The notes below the pieces were generated by a model. That model was not told the DNA's origin and made no database searches. It saw only the letters and a program-made list of their open reading frames with translations. The position numbers and the translations under genes are program-made. Source: Octopus sinensis (taxonomy: Eukaryota). From it: DNA of 64,000 nucleotides. The DNA lies in NCBI RefSeq assembly GCF_006345805.1, contig NC_043009.1:5022001-5086000 (forward strand), given 5' to 3'. Below are positions 52,945 to 64,000 of the stretch, piece after piece (within the stretch, counting starts at the first letter, position 1; every line of letters starts with the position of its first letter).

Positions 52945-53630
52945 TATAGGCAAACATAATTTATAGATATGTGCACACATAGTCACTTAATAAGTGTGTG
53001 TGCGCATGCGTGTGTGTGTGTTCACGGGCGTTATGAAAATAGAAAAGTATGGCGTAATCCATTTACTGAAAGCCTAACTATACTAACCAAAGCTTCATAT
53101 CAAACACAGAATGCACAATATTGTGAATATGTAGCGAAGAATGAAATTGAAAACATACCGATTCGACAAAAACATATCTTACTTTCTTGCAGAGTTTATG
53201 TTAGATTTAAAATCGAACAGTGTTATTGTCAGAAAAATGTAATGGAAGAAATGGAGTTTAGCTTGATTAAGCATAATAAAAATTGTAAAATTTTCACATC
53301 GAGAAATATTTAGTTTTCAATATTTCATCAAAATTTCTGAAAAATATATGTGTACTGCCTTTTAAATCCTTCGCCGGACTAAGATGTTATGCCAAACTAA
53401 AACATCTGTGAAAAATAAACTGATGGAAACTTTTTGGGATCCTCATACGTCGAAACAGACGCTAGGGTTCATCGGGTATGTATGTATGTATGTATGTATG
53501 CATGTATGTATGTATGTATGTATGTATGTATGTACAGATAGATAGATGGATATAGATCGATATATGTAAATACACACACGCACGTGCATGCACATACCCA
53601 TATATATATATATGTATATCATATATGTGA

Positions 53631-53670
<40 letters not shown>

Positions 53671-53679
53671 TACACATAT

Positions 53680-53710
<31 letters not shown>

Positions 53711-55149
53711 CACATATATATATATATGTATATATGCATATATACATAAATAAGTATGCCTGTGTGTGTGTATGTGCGCATATAAAATAGATTTAACAGA
53801 TTTTAATAAAATGCATGTTAACATTTTAGCACACAACGCTTGTATGTTTAGAATCGATTAATTTTAAGTGCATTTGTTAGGAAAATACTTATAACAGCAA
53901 ACTGAGAATAATGAAATAATTGATGAACATTTTAATCCCACAACAGTTTAGGCCAAATTTCGTTAATCAGTTGATCAAAAATCATCTTAGGCTTTACTTG
54001 AGTCGCCTAGGTAACAATTTATGCATCTCAACCAATCCTTAGCGAATATTTCATCTGTGGTTGAAAACTTGAAATGTTATCGCAGAAAATAACATTCACA
54101 TGAGAATTTGCATTGAAATGTCCTGTTGATTTTTGAAAAATCGATGCTGATTAAAAATGATCAGTTTTTAAATATCCCAAGTACGTAAGTGACAGCATGG
54201 GCCCCACACACTCCTCAAGATTCATGAAGATCGGTTGGATAGTCTCGGAGGAGTTGAAGTAACAAATTCACAAGTACACACACACACAGCCACAAACACT
54301 GAAAATGCCATTTATGTATACAGATTTAGAACCTTGTAAACTAGCATAACCGAACTAGTGTATACATTCAAGAAGATCTTTGGCATTTTATGTTAGTCCT
54401 TTTAAAGTTAAGTCGCACAGAAAGTAACATTACGCTTTTATATGGGTAACTACTATGACGATATATTTCGGATTTTTCGGGTGATATATCAGTAAGACGC
54501 AGAAACATCAATAAAATATAATAGCGTAGGACTATACAGTTATCAAGGTGGCATCGCATCCAAGAAATAACAATGGCTATAATATAAAGATGCTGAAAAA
54601 TCGATAATTATTAGTACTAGTTAATTAAATTTAACACATTCCCTAGATACAGAGGGATATGCAAATGGGAAAACAATATCTCAATAGTGAAATCAATTTA
54701 GTAAAAGTATCAGCAAAGGTGACACTATTCACCTGCCCACAATTTTTGAGTATATTATTGACAATATTATTAACATACGTATAACCGTGGCGATCTGGCA
54801 GAATCGTTCACTTAGCGGCCTTCCGTTAAAATTCCGCCGCGGTTGATTTAGCTTCGTGGTCGATAATAAAAGTAACGGTTCAGCACTGAATTCGATGTAA
54901 TTGAATAATACCTGGCTCCAACCCGAGCTTGCTGGCGTTGTGCCAAAATTTGAAATCAATGTTACCATACGTATAACTAACATAGCTTAGACAGAAAAAT
55001 AATGCTACCCATACTAGAATTTGGTTTTGAACACTTGCAGAAATATATAGACCAAAATATTTAATAATGATACACGTAAAGATATATAATCGGGTATAAA
55101 ACACCTCGTTCTGAAAAATTATATCAATTAATGTAACAGAGATTTTTTT

Positions 55150-55382
55150 CATACCTATTTATTTACTAGCCACAAGGGGCTAAACACAGAGGGAACAAAT
55201 AAGGACAGACAAACGGATTAAGTCGATTACATCGACCCCAGTATACATCTGGTACTTAATTTATCGACCCCGAAAGGATGAAAGGCAAAGTCGACCTCGG
55301 CAGAATTTGAACTCAGAACGTAGCGGCAGACGAAATACCGCAAAGCATTTCGCCCGGCGTGCTAACGTTTCTGCTAGCTCAC
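55150..55382 (-). mobile_element. Near full-length SINE (ggcgagctggcag family)
   Basis: Family head, core and tail. Confidence 0.88.
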
Positions 55383-56899
55383 CTTTTTAATACCGATTAT
55401 CATGCACCACTCCACGTTCATAAATACCACCAAATTCTCTCCATACAGTTTAGCTAGACCTGTATGGAGAGTATAAAATTAAGGTCACATAACAGAGTCT
55501 CACATTCTCTAAATACCTTACATACAATCAGTTTAAATGTTGTTGTAGAAGAAAAAGTGACTAGTTGTCTTCTAGATTGAAAATTACGGCTGATTTCGCC
55601 GAGATGGATTTAGCAGATGTTGTAGTAAACACTAATGTCAGATTAACAGTGGACACTTTTAAAACCAGATGCACATTACACACCTACTTATTCAGTTCAG
55701 CTTAACGAATCGACCACAATATCTTCTTTATTGAAAACCAGATACTTTCACTATTGGGCTCTCTTCTGAAACTGGTAAATTAAGGTATTAAGGGGACGTA
55801 AACAAACCAACGTCAGTTAACACGAGGTGATAGGGGACAGGCACATACACAATGGCACACATAAGCACACTCAAAGACACGCACATACTTACATACATAT
55901 GCGCACATGCTCACATGCACACGCATACATATGTAGGACCGGCTTCTTTCAGTTTCGGTTTACCGAATGCATTACACTCAAATTAGTTATTATAGCCCGG
56001 GACTATAATAGAAGACACTCGCCCAAAGTGTCATGTAGAGCAATTAAACCCGTAACCCTGTGGCTGGGAGTAAACTTTTTACCACGGAGCCATTTTTAAG
56101 AATCCGGCTACAACGAAATGCATCATTGGCGTAAAAACTCAGTTATACAGAAGCTGTGGTACCTACAGACCAGTATGCAAAATGCAACAAGTTTACGGCT
56201 CAAAGGCAGCAGGCAATAGGAATATGACATGAGACACCATTTCTTCTCGCAAGAAAAATAAAAACTAATCGTTAAACATACTTTTATAACCATTGTTTTT
56301 CATTTGTAAACTTATTGAAGCTAGAGCCAAAAGATGTGGTATGGAAAGAATCGATACTCAAAATTTGAAGTGGTGTAAACTTGTCTCCTCTTTTAGAAAT
56401 ATAAATTTGAATCGTTATTGATAGTGCCATAACAATAACTGAGGTAACTTTCTGTTCTGAACAAAAGGAAAGAATATTTTTTTATTATCCACGAAAATGT
56501 GTTACGTCAGTTATGACAAGCCAGCATGAAAGTTTATTCAAATCAAATCAACAAATATAATATTTATACATTGACAGCATCCGTGCCTAATTATCACACC
56601 TCAATTATATCTTCATGTTCAACATAGAACAACAACGTTCTATATATACGAAGTGATTTGTAAACATTCCCGATACTATGATATTTATTTTTACTCATGT
56701 CATTACACTGTCACGTTTGTGTCTGACACCTTACGTTACAGAGGAACACCGTTAGTTAATTGCATCCCAAGTATATATCTGATCATTGGCAGAAGATCGA
56801 TTACACTACATTGCTGGGCGACTACCTCAACGGTCCTATTCTATTAATGATCAATCGTGTAAACTGATTGATACTTCTAAAACGTAATCGATTCAATTT

Positions 56900-57290
56900 A
56901 ACAATGGATCACTTGCAAAATATCTACACAAACAAAAAACAACCTATACTGAATACATGTACTCTTTGAATTCGTCACGTACATTCTACAATAAACAGTG
57001 CCTTGGGCCAATGGGTTTTTATGTAAGATTCTTTTCATAACAAATTCGTTGAAAATTGCAAACAGAGTTCTCCATCGAGAATTGGCCTGGGCTGGTTTCA
57101 CTTTGAATGGTTGACGGCCATTTTCACAAAAAAGACATTCAAAGCTGTAGGCCTCAGGTAAACAGTCTTCGTAGAACGTATGCATTGTGGCCAGTGGTAG
57201 AAACTCTTCGATCACAGAAAGTGTCTGTAATTTTTCAGTGTAAAGATTGCGATATGGGGTTAAGAAGTCTCCAGACAAGATGGAGTGCGA
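56900..57290 (+). mobile_element. Degraded piggyBac-like transposase C-terminus
   Basis: Frameshifted WLT-GHF (RLTGRHF-like), ASGKQSS*NVCIV and IFQCKDCDMGL resemble the piggyBac cysteine-rich domain. Confidence 0.42.
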
Positions 57291-57294
57291 GTTT

Positions 57295-57710
57295 TCATAA
57301 AGGGGTACGTCAGGTGTGGTGAGGTGAATAAGGGTGGGGTATTCGGATGGTTAGAGCGTGTGAATGTCGCACAACTTGTATGAGTAGAGACAGCGAGAAT
57401 AGAAGACAGGGTGGAGATTTAGAAACCTTGTATGAGAGAAGTAATGCAACAGTAGGCCGTTAACTGGGGCATGAAATGAGTTATTCTTTGGGTGAGCGAT
57501 GCTGACTTGGCGGATGAACGGAGGAAGCCGATGAGTTGGATAGAAGAGTTTAAGCAGTTGAGTAGAGTGAGTCTCTCATGAGAAGCAAAGAGAGTACTGG
57601 ATGAATAAGAAGTGAATAAAGGAGGTGTCGTAAGAAGCACGGTGGAAAACAAGGCGGAAATTCTTTGGAAAGTGAGTGTGTTGTAGACATGGGCTAGAAA
57701 AGTAACGTTT
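57295..57710 (-). mobile_element. Degraded LINE ORF2 C-terminal fragment (CR1/L2-group-like)
   Basis: Purine-rich on the plus strand. The minus frame ...SIQLIGFLRSSAKSASLTQRITHF...TFTRSNHP resembles post-RT regions of such LINEs. Weak. Confidence 0.35.
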
Positions 57711-58673
57711 GGTCAGTATATGCTTGTATACATTCATAAGGCGTCCTCATATTATTTTCAAATTTTGGCACAAGGCCAGCAATTTCGGGCTGTGGTTAAG
57801 TCGATTACATCTACGCTCGAGCTTAACTGGTATCTATTTTATCGTCCCCGAAATGATGGAAGGCAAAATAAGCCTCGGCAAAATTTGAACATAGGATAGA
57901 CAAAATGCCGCAATGCATTTTGCCCGGTGCGCTAACGATTCTTCCATTTCGAAGCCTTAAGGCGTCCTTGAGAAGTCTGAAGTAGGAGTGTACAAAAAGA
58001 AGAGAAAAGAGAAAAAAATATGGAAGAAATCTAGCTCTTGGTGAATCAGCATCTATAAGGATGAGAAAGCGAATTTCTGAGTCAGAGAGACTAGTTTCCA
58101 CAAACATTTATATTTGTAGCATTCGAAGCAAATTGTTAACTTTTTCATGCTCACTAGACAGAGTTCGCTATTCAAACGAGAACAAGTAAATGAAATGAAC
58201 GAAAAAAAACAGTATCTTTCCCTTATGGATTCACTGTATATACATATATATATATTTATATATATAACTGTTTATGCATGAGTGTAAGTCCATATACATG
58301 TTTGTGTGTGTTTGTTTGTTTCTCTGCGTGCGTATGTGTATGTGTGTAAATGTGTGCGTGAATGTGTGTGTGTCTGTGTGCAATAAGACCAACCCAGACA
58401 ATCGGGATTAACATATATCTGAAGTCGGAGCTTACTTTGTATTAGTTATTTGAATGTATCTAAATTTACTTTTGTTCTAGAACAGGGGCGATTAATATTT
58501 TTAAGTTTTCTCTGTTTATATTCTCTCACACTAATACACGCACATAGAAAATAAAGAATTCTTTATGCTTGTGCGTCTGATTGCAATATGAATGTATATA
58601 TATATATATATATATACATACTCGTACGTACGCATGAATATATGTATATAAAACCTGGATTTATTTTAGTGTC

Positions 58674-58704
<31 letters not shown>

Positions 58705-59112
58705 TGCTTGTAATCATTTATGTCAAGTCAGACATAATGCAATGTCTCACGTAATATATTAATATGGGATATTCGCATGCACATGTGTGTGAGCGAATGC
58801 GTGCAACCATGTATGCGTATTCGATTGCGTGCATGTTTTTCTAACTGTCTGTTATTCAGCGTTAGTACAATCTTGTCTTATTTGTAGTTACGAATCTATG
58901 AAGATTTCAATAAGATGAATGTCCGAAAAAATCGAAGTCAGATTAAGGGAAAAATAAGTTTTAAAGAAATGTTCTGCAGTGTTATATTAATAACAGTTTT
59001 TTAAAAATTCTGTCAGTGTTCTCCGACATTGTTCTTTGAAAAACAAATCTGCCGACATTATAGATACCTACGGACAAGCATATATCTCTAGAGCATATAT
59101 ATATATATATTT

Positions 59113-59340
59113 CTTTACATCCCACAAAGGGCTATAACATAGAGGGGACAAACAAGGACAGACAAAGGGATTAAGTCGATTACATCGACCCCAGTGCGTA
59201 ACTGGTACTTTATTTATCGACCCCGAAAGATTGAAAGCCAAAGTCGACCTCGGCGGAATTTGAACTCAAACGTAACGGCGGACGAAATACGGCTACGCAT
59301 TTCGCCCGGTGTGCTAACGTTTCTGCCAGCTCAACCGCCT
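59113..59340 (-). mobile_element. Near full-length SINE (ggcgagctggcag family)
   Basis: Family sequence, flanked by a repeated tatctagagcatatat-like sequence (possible TSD). Confidence 0.88.
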
Positions 59341-59348
59341 TATCTAGA

Positions 59349-59430
<82 letters not shown>

Positions 59431-59438
59431 AGATATAG

Positions 59439-59505
<67 letters not shown>

Positions 59506-59529
59506 ATATATATATATATAATATATATA

Positions 59530-59569
<40 letters not shown>

Positions 59570-59892
59570 TATATATATAAGATATATATACACTCAAACG
59601 CACATTCATATCACGCGCGCCCACACACGCCCAAAACGCACTCACGTACACAAGACACATATATGTGGGTGCGGAAAAGCCACTGACTTTTAAGCTGTCG
59701 CGAAAGGCCAAGTTGTAATACCAACCTTCTGTGTGCCTTTACAGGGCTTAGCAAAGCAAACGAATAGCTGCAATAAGTGAATCTGAGAAGGGAGTATGTC
59801 GAATATATGTCATAATTAACGGATCATTTTGCCTTTTATTATACCCAAAGGCAGGAAATTTTTAGCACCCAGGCGTACATTATTTATATATA

Positions 59893-60124
59893 CAGGGCGT
59901 TCAAAAAGTCTATCCGCAGTAGGTATTTCATGTTGTTCAGGCGATTCTTGTACGCTGATCCTTTACTTGCTGCCCAGAAAAAAATAATTTGGCGTTGTTA
60001 AATCTGATGATCTTGGTGGCAAAAGACACTTTGAAATAATCCGTTCATCGCAAAACTCTTAAAGAAGCGTCAACTGATGCGCAGGATTAAAGATTCACTG
60101 CGGAGAGACTTTTAGAACACACTG
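59893..60124 (-). mobile_element. Internally deleted Tc1/mariner element (MITE-sized) with TIRs and TA TSD
   Basis: Left TA|cagggcgttcaaaaagtctatccgcagt matches the right-end reverse complement TA|cagtgtgttctaaaagtctctccgcagt. The minus strand retains LPPRSSDLTTPNYFF (WPPRSPDLTP-like). Confidence 0.8.
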
Positions 60125-60348
60125 TATTAGGCACAAAACCAGCGATATGGAGTGGTAGGTAACAAGATTCAACCAAAACCAAGTACTTGACTGATACGAT
60201 ACTTTCCCGATCTCAAAATGATGATATCCTATGTAAGATTTGATGTATTTGAAACTAAGATCGTAGAGGGTTGCAACAAATGACGTCTGACATTTTTCTA
60301 ACTTACGAACGATGTTGCCAGAACATGTTTATGAATATTTAACATTAC

Positions 60349-60349
<1 letters not shown>

Positions 60350-60389
<40 letters not shown>

Positions 60390-60390
60390 C

Positions 60391-60451
<61 letters not shown>

Positions 60452-60475
60452 ATGATATATAATGATGATGATGAT
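60350..60475. repeat. (GAT)n microsatellite
   Basis: Read directly; it is the source of the poly-His ORF. Confidence 0.97.
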
Positions 60476-60544
60476 ATAGCTCATCCATGAAATTGCTGAC
60501 CGCGTGCCAAAATTTGAAACCATTACAAAAACAGCGCAAGTCTT

Positions 60545-60920
60545 CGAGCTGGCAAAACCATTAGCAAAATACTTATTTTTTTATTGCCCACAAAGACCTA
60601 AAGATAGAGGGGACAAACAAGGACAGACAAAGGGATTAACTCGATTACATCGACCCCAGTGCGTTACTAGTACTGAAGTTATCGACCCCGAAAGGATGAA
60701 AGGTAAATTCGACCTCGGCGGAATTTGAACTCAGAATGTAGCAGCAGACGAAATACCGCTAAGCATTCCCGCCTGGCGTGCTAACGATTCTGCCAGCTCG
60801 CCGCTTAGTAAACAAAATACTTAGCGGTATTTAGTCCGTCTTCACGTTGTGATTTAAAATGCTGCCGAGGTCAACGTTGTCTCGCATCCTTTCGGGATCA
60901 ACAAAATAAGTACCAGTTCA
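60545..60920. mobile_element. SINE (-) nested inside a same-family SINE (+) with 11-bp TSD
   Basis: caaaatactta lies at 60565-60575 and 60813-60823. The plus-strand SINE head and body resume after the insert. Confidence 0.8.
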
Positions 60921-63900
60921 GCGCCTAGAAAAGTTAATCGACTTAAGCCCTCACTCGAAATTGGTGACCTGTGCCAAAATTGAAATCCATAAAGCTCGAG
61001 CTGGTTGATTAGTTGGATCACCGGACAAAATCCTCTGCAACATGACTAGAGAAGGTACCCTTTACCTATTCATGAACGTACTTACATAATTAGTGGAATT
61101 AATTAACGTCTGTGAACTAATATATTGGGAAAATTTGAGGACATGCAAACATGCCCGACAAATTCTTTATCATCTTCCCCGATCTGTGTATTTATTTGGA
61201 TGACCTCCATAGACTCACGTTCTCGTGGGTGTGCCTGGAAGATCTTTCCTGGAAGATTTGTGGAATGTTACAGGTAAGGATAAAACCTGTTACAGAGAAG
61301 AAAGCCTGAGAATGCCACGTCATCATAGAATAATATAAGTTTTCTGTCGCAAAAATTACAGAAGTTTTATGGACAAAAGTGTAAAACGTCTATAAGAAAA
61401 TCAGAGATGAAATCCTAACAAAACAGAAAATAAAAAAAAAAACCATTTCCGTTGAACTGGCATTAGCACGGCCATTTTACATTTGTTTTCCAAGATATTT
61501 TTCGGTATTTTTAGATTGCTGACACAAATATAATCATACAAACTTTCAAGATTTCACCGTATCTGCAATATGCAAAGAAAACTATCTATATATGTACAAA
61601 TGCATGCACGTGTATGTTTGTATTTTGAAAATGTATAAGCATATGTAAATACATGCACGCACAATCAGACAGATAAATGTATATATATGTATATATATAT
61701 ATACATATATACATAGATACATACAAGTATACCTACACACGCATATAATATACATGTGTGTGTGAGAGAGTGCATGTGATTTTGGTCATTCTGTGTGTAT
61801 ATTCCCTTATATATATATATATATATGCCAATACATATGTATATATGTGTGTGTGGGTGTGTGTATGCGTGTGTGTGTGTGTGAGTGTGTATCCATATAC
61901 AGGAAAGCAGAACATCAGTGAGGTAGAAAAAATATATATGGCGAGAAATATGGAGAAAAAGAGGGGGTGTCGAGTGAGAGGATGGTTATGAGAGTCAAGG
62001 AGTGGGATGTGAGACGTTGACTAAAATATATCGTCATGTCTGTATAACTGAAGACATAATTGTACTTGCGCGATATGCCAGCCTTTGAACATACATTTGG
62101 AATTTGTCCAGAATAAATGTTATACGTAAAACTGATACAATTCCAAGAATCTTCCATACGCTTCTAACGTGGTTTGCGATTTTCCAGTTTATGACAAAAT
62201 ATGGAAATATATATATATATATATGTAAATTTGTGAGTTTGTTTACGTATAAATAGGCATTTATATAGATTATATGCACGTGTAGGCGCAAGATTTAGTG
62301 GAGTGTATTGCTCATGATCATAACTTGTGTCTTCTACGTCGACCAGATGGCGCTATATAGCAATCAGCAGTGCACATAATTTTCCTTTGTTACAATCAAC
62401 TGTGATAAAAATGTGTACCAACCGTCTTCTAGTGCAGCTCTCTTTCACATGTTTTCACACCATTTATATGTTTCTGGTCAAATATGTGTGTCATGAGAGT
62501 GTCCATGTATGCTTGCATGTATATGGGCATTTAAAACTATTTCCGAAAGCAAATATATATGTGTTCATTGTGAATCCCAGAATATTAAGTATTTAAAAAA
62601 AAAACATATTTGTATTAAACTATCTTTGAAATACGTAATGGTATTTCGATCCCTTAATGTTCTGTTTTCTACTGTATTTTATATGATGGCGTTACTAATT
62701 AGATATCTGTCAATGCGTATGTGTGTGTGCGTATGTGTGTGTGTTTGTGTATGTGTTCGCTTCATTCTCATTAAACTTAGCTTTCATATTACTTTCCGAT
62801 TGATAGCGTATAGGACCGGTCGTCTTGGAGATGTTTGTAATATTTTACTATGGCTCTTAGTCGTCTTTAGTTTTTGATGTTATGCTATATTACAAAAAAT
62901 ACTTCACAAATAAAGAGCATCTCTTCGAAATTAATTCTATGGATCATTTGTTTGAAATTCAAATACAATTGCCGATCATAAACCATAGTTTTTATTTATT
63001 CTTTTTCATCCCGGACAAGATATCGAAAAAAGGTTCAGTTTGAGTGGTGGTTTCAAATACCGTTGCCCTACTTTTCCCTGTCCAAGGTGAAAATGCATAT
63101 ATAAATTCTATAATTAAAGGGCTTTACTTGATCGGGTACTCTAAGTGGCATAACTGAGGATGTTTTGGCGACTAGTTCCATTAAAACAATTATCGATGAT
63201 ATAACGGTGTTAACTTCCGTTTTTTCGATCATGCAAAATAAATATATAGATTTCAGCCGACATTGCTCTTGTAAATTGGCTAAAATTAATGAGCTAACAG
63301 AGTAGTCATGATATAATGTCTTTGGTAGAGATTTTCATCGGGAATAGAAATGGGAAGTGACCTGGACAATTATAACACCGTTGAAGTTTCACGTCAATAT
63401 TTATCTGAAATTTATAGTTTGTTTCAGCAATATGTCATATCACCAATCTATTAGCTTCATCATGTTTCACTGTAAGATCAATAATGCTTGCGCATCAGTT
63501 TTTAATCGATCATGCGGCTGAACGTCATTAATTCATCTATGAATTCTTTCGTCAGAATCCACGCTGATGCAAAGATTTTACGACCTTTACCCAGTCCCAG
63601 CTTATCTCATTTTGTTGATGCACTGCTTACTACGGCAATGTCCTGTTTCCCTTCAAACCACTTCCTACTTCATTTCAAACCACTGGTCTTGGGTCTTTTA
63701 CAAAGGTGTGAATGCCATTTTTTCTCTACTACTTTTAAAGAATAATTAGACGTCAAATATTCCTAACAAAACTGCAAGAAATAAACAATGGTGTCTCTGT
63801 TTCAGCGTAAATCAACTTTATGACGGTACAATACACAATAATTATTTGGTAAATAAGAGGTATTTAGGCGCAATTTCTATTTTGATATGAACAACGGTAT

Positions 63901-63952
63901 ATATTGATCGTCCAATAAGTTTCGCTTACTTACTATCTGAAATGACTGATAA

Positions 63953-64000
<48 letters not shown>

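Noticed and set aside
52850-53045. Mariner-like TIR words (gggcgttatgaa) in direct and inverted arrangement
   Set aside because: Too short, and I could not read transposase motifs next to them.

Overview
AT-rich eukaryotic genomic DNA with very dense (AT)n, (AAT)n, (AC)n, (TCTA)n and (GAT)n microsatellites. The tRNA-derived SINE families look like those of octopod cephalopods, so Octopus is my inference, not a proven assignment. Almost every ORF in the supplied track is a microsatellite artefact. The real content is: (1) transposon fossils (mariner/Tc1, piggyBac-like, R4/Dong-like, a CR1/L2-type LINE with a target-site duplication, a Gypsy LTR/PBS relic, two GIY-YIG Penelope-like element (PLE) fragments) and many SINEs; (2) a few phase-compatible candidate small exons on the + strand at about 20.2-24.4 kb that read like a tyrosine-motif-rich receptor tail; (3) the main find, a concentration of type I hammerhead ribozyme (HHR) motifs. 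By manual folding I count about 16 intact or near-intact motifs plus 3 degenerate ones. Ten lie in two non-coding tandem arrays (about 478-bp monomer at 34.0-35.8 kb; 546-bp monomer at 41.2-44.2 kb). Others lie in a dispersed two-copy family of about 500 bp, in short tails, and in the tail of a tRNA-headed SINE. The larger HHR elements share one architecture: the RNA-sense 3' end abuts an (AT)n tract after a CCCT-containing AT-rich motif, and the 5' side is inverted. This fits retrozyme-like, probably circular, RNAs mobilised by (AT)n-associated PLEs. All structures were derived by eye, and no ribozyme activity or expression is shown.
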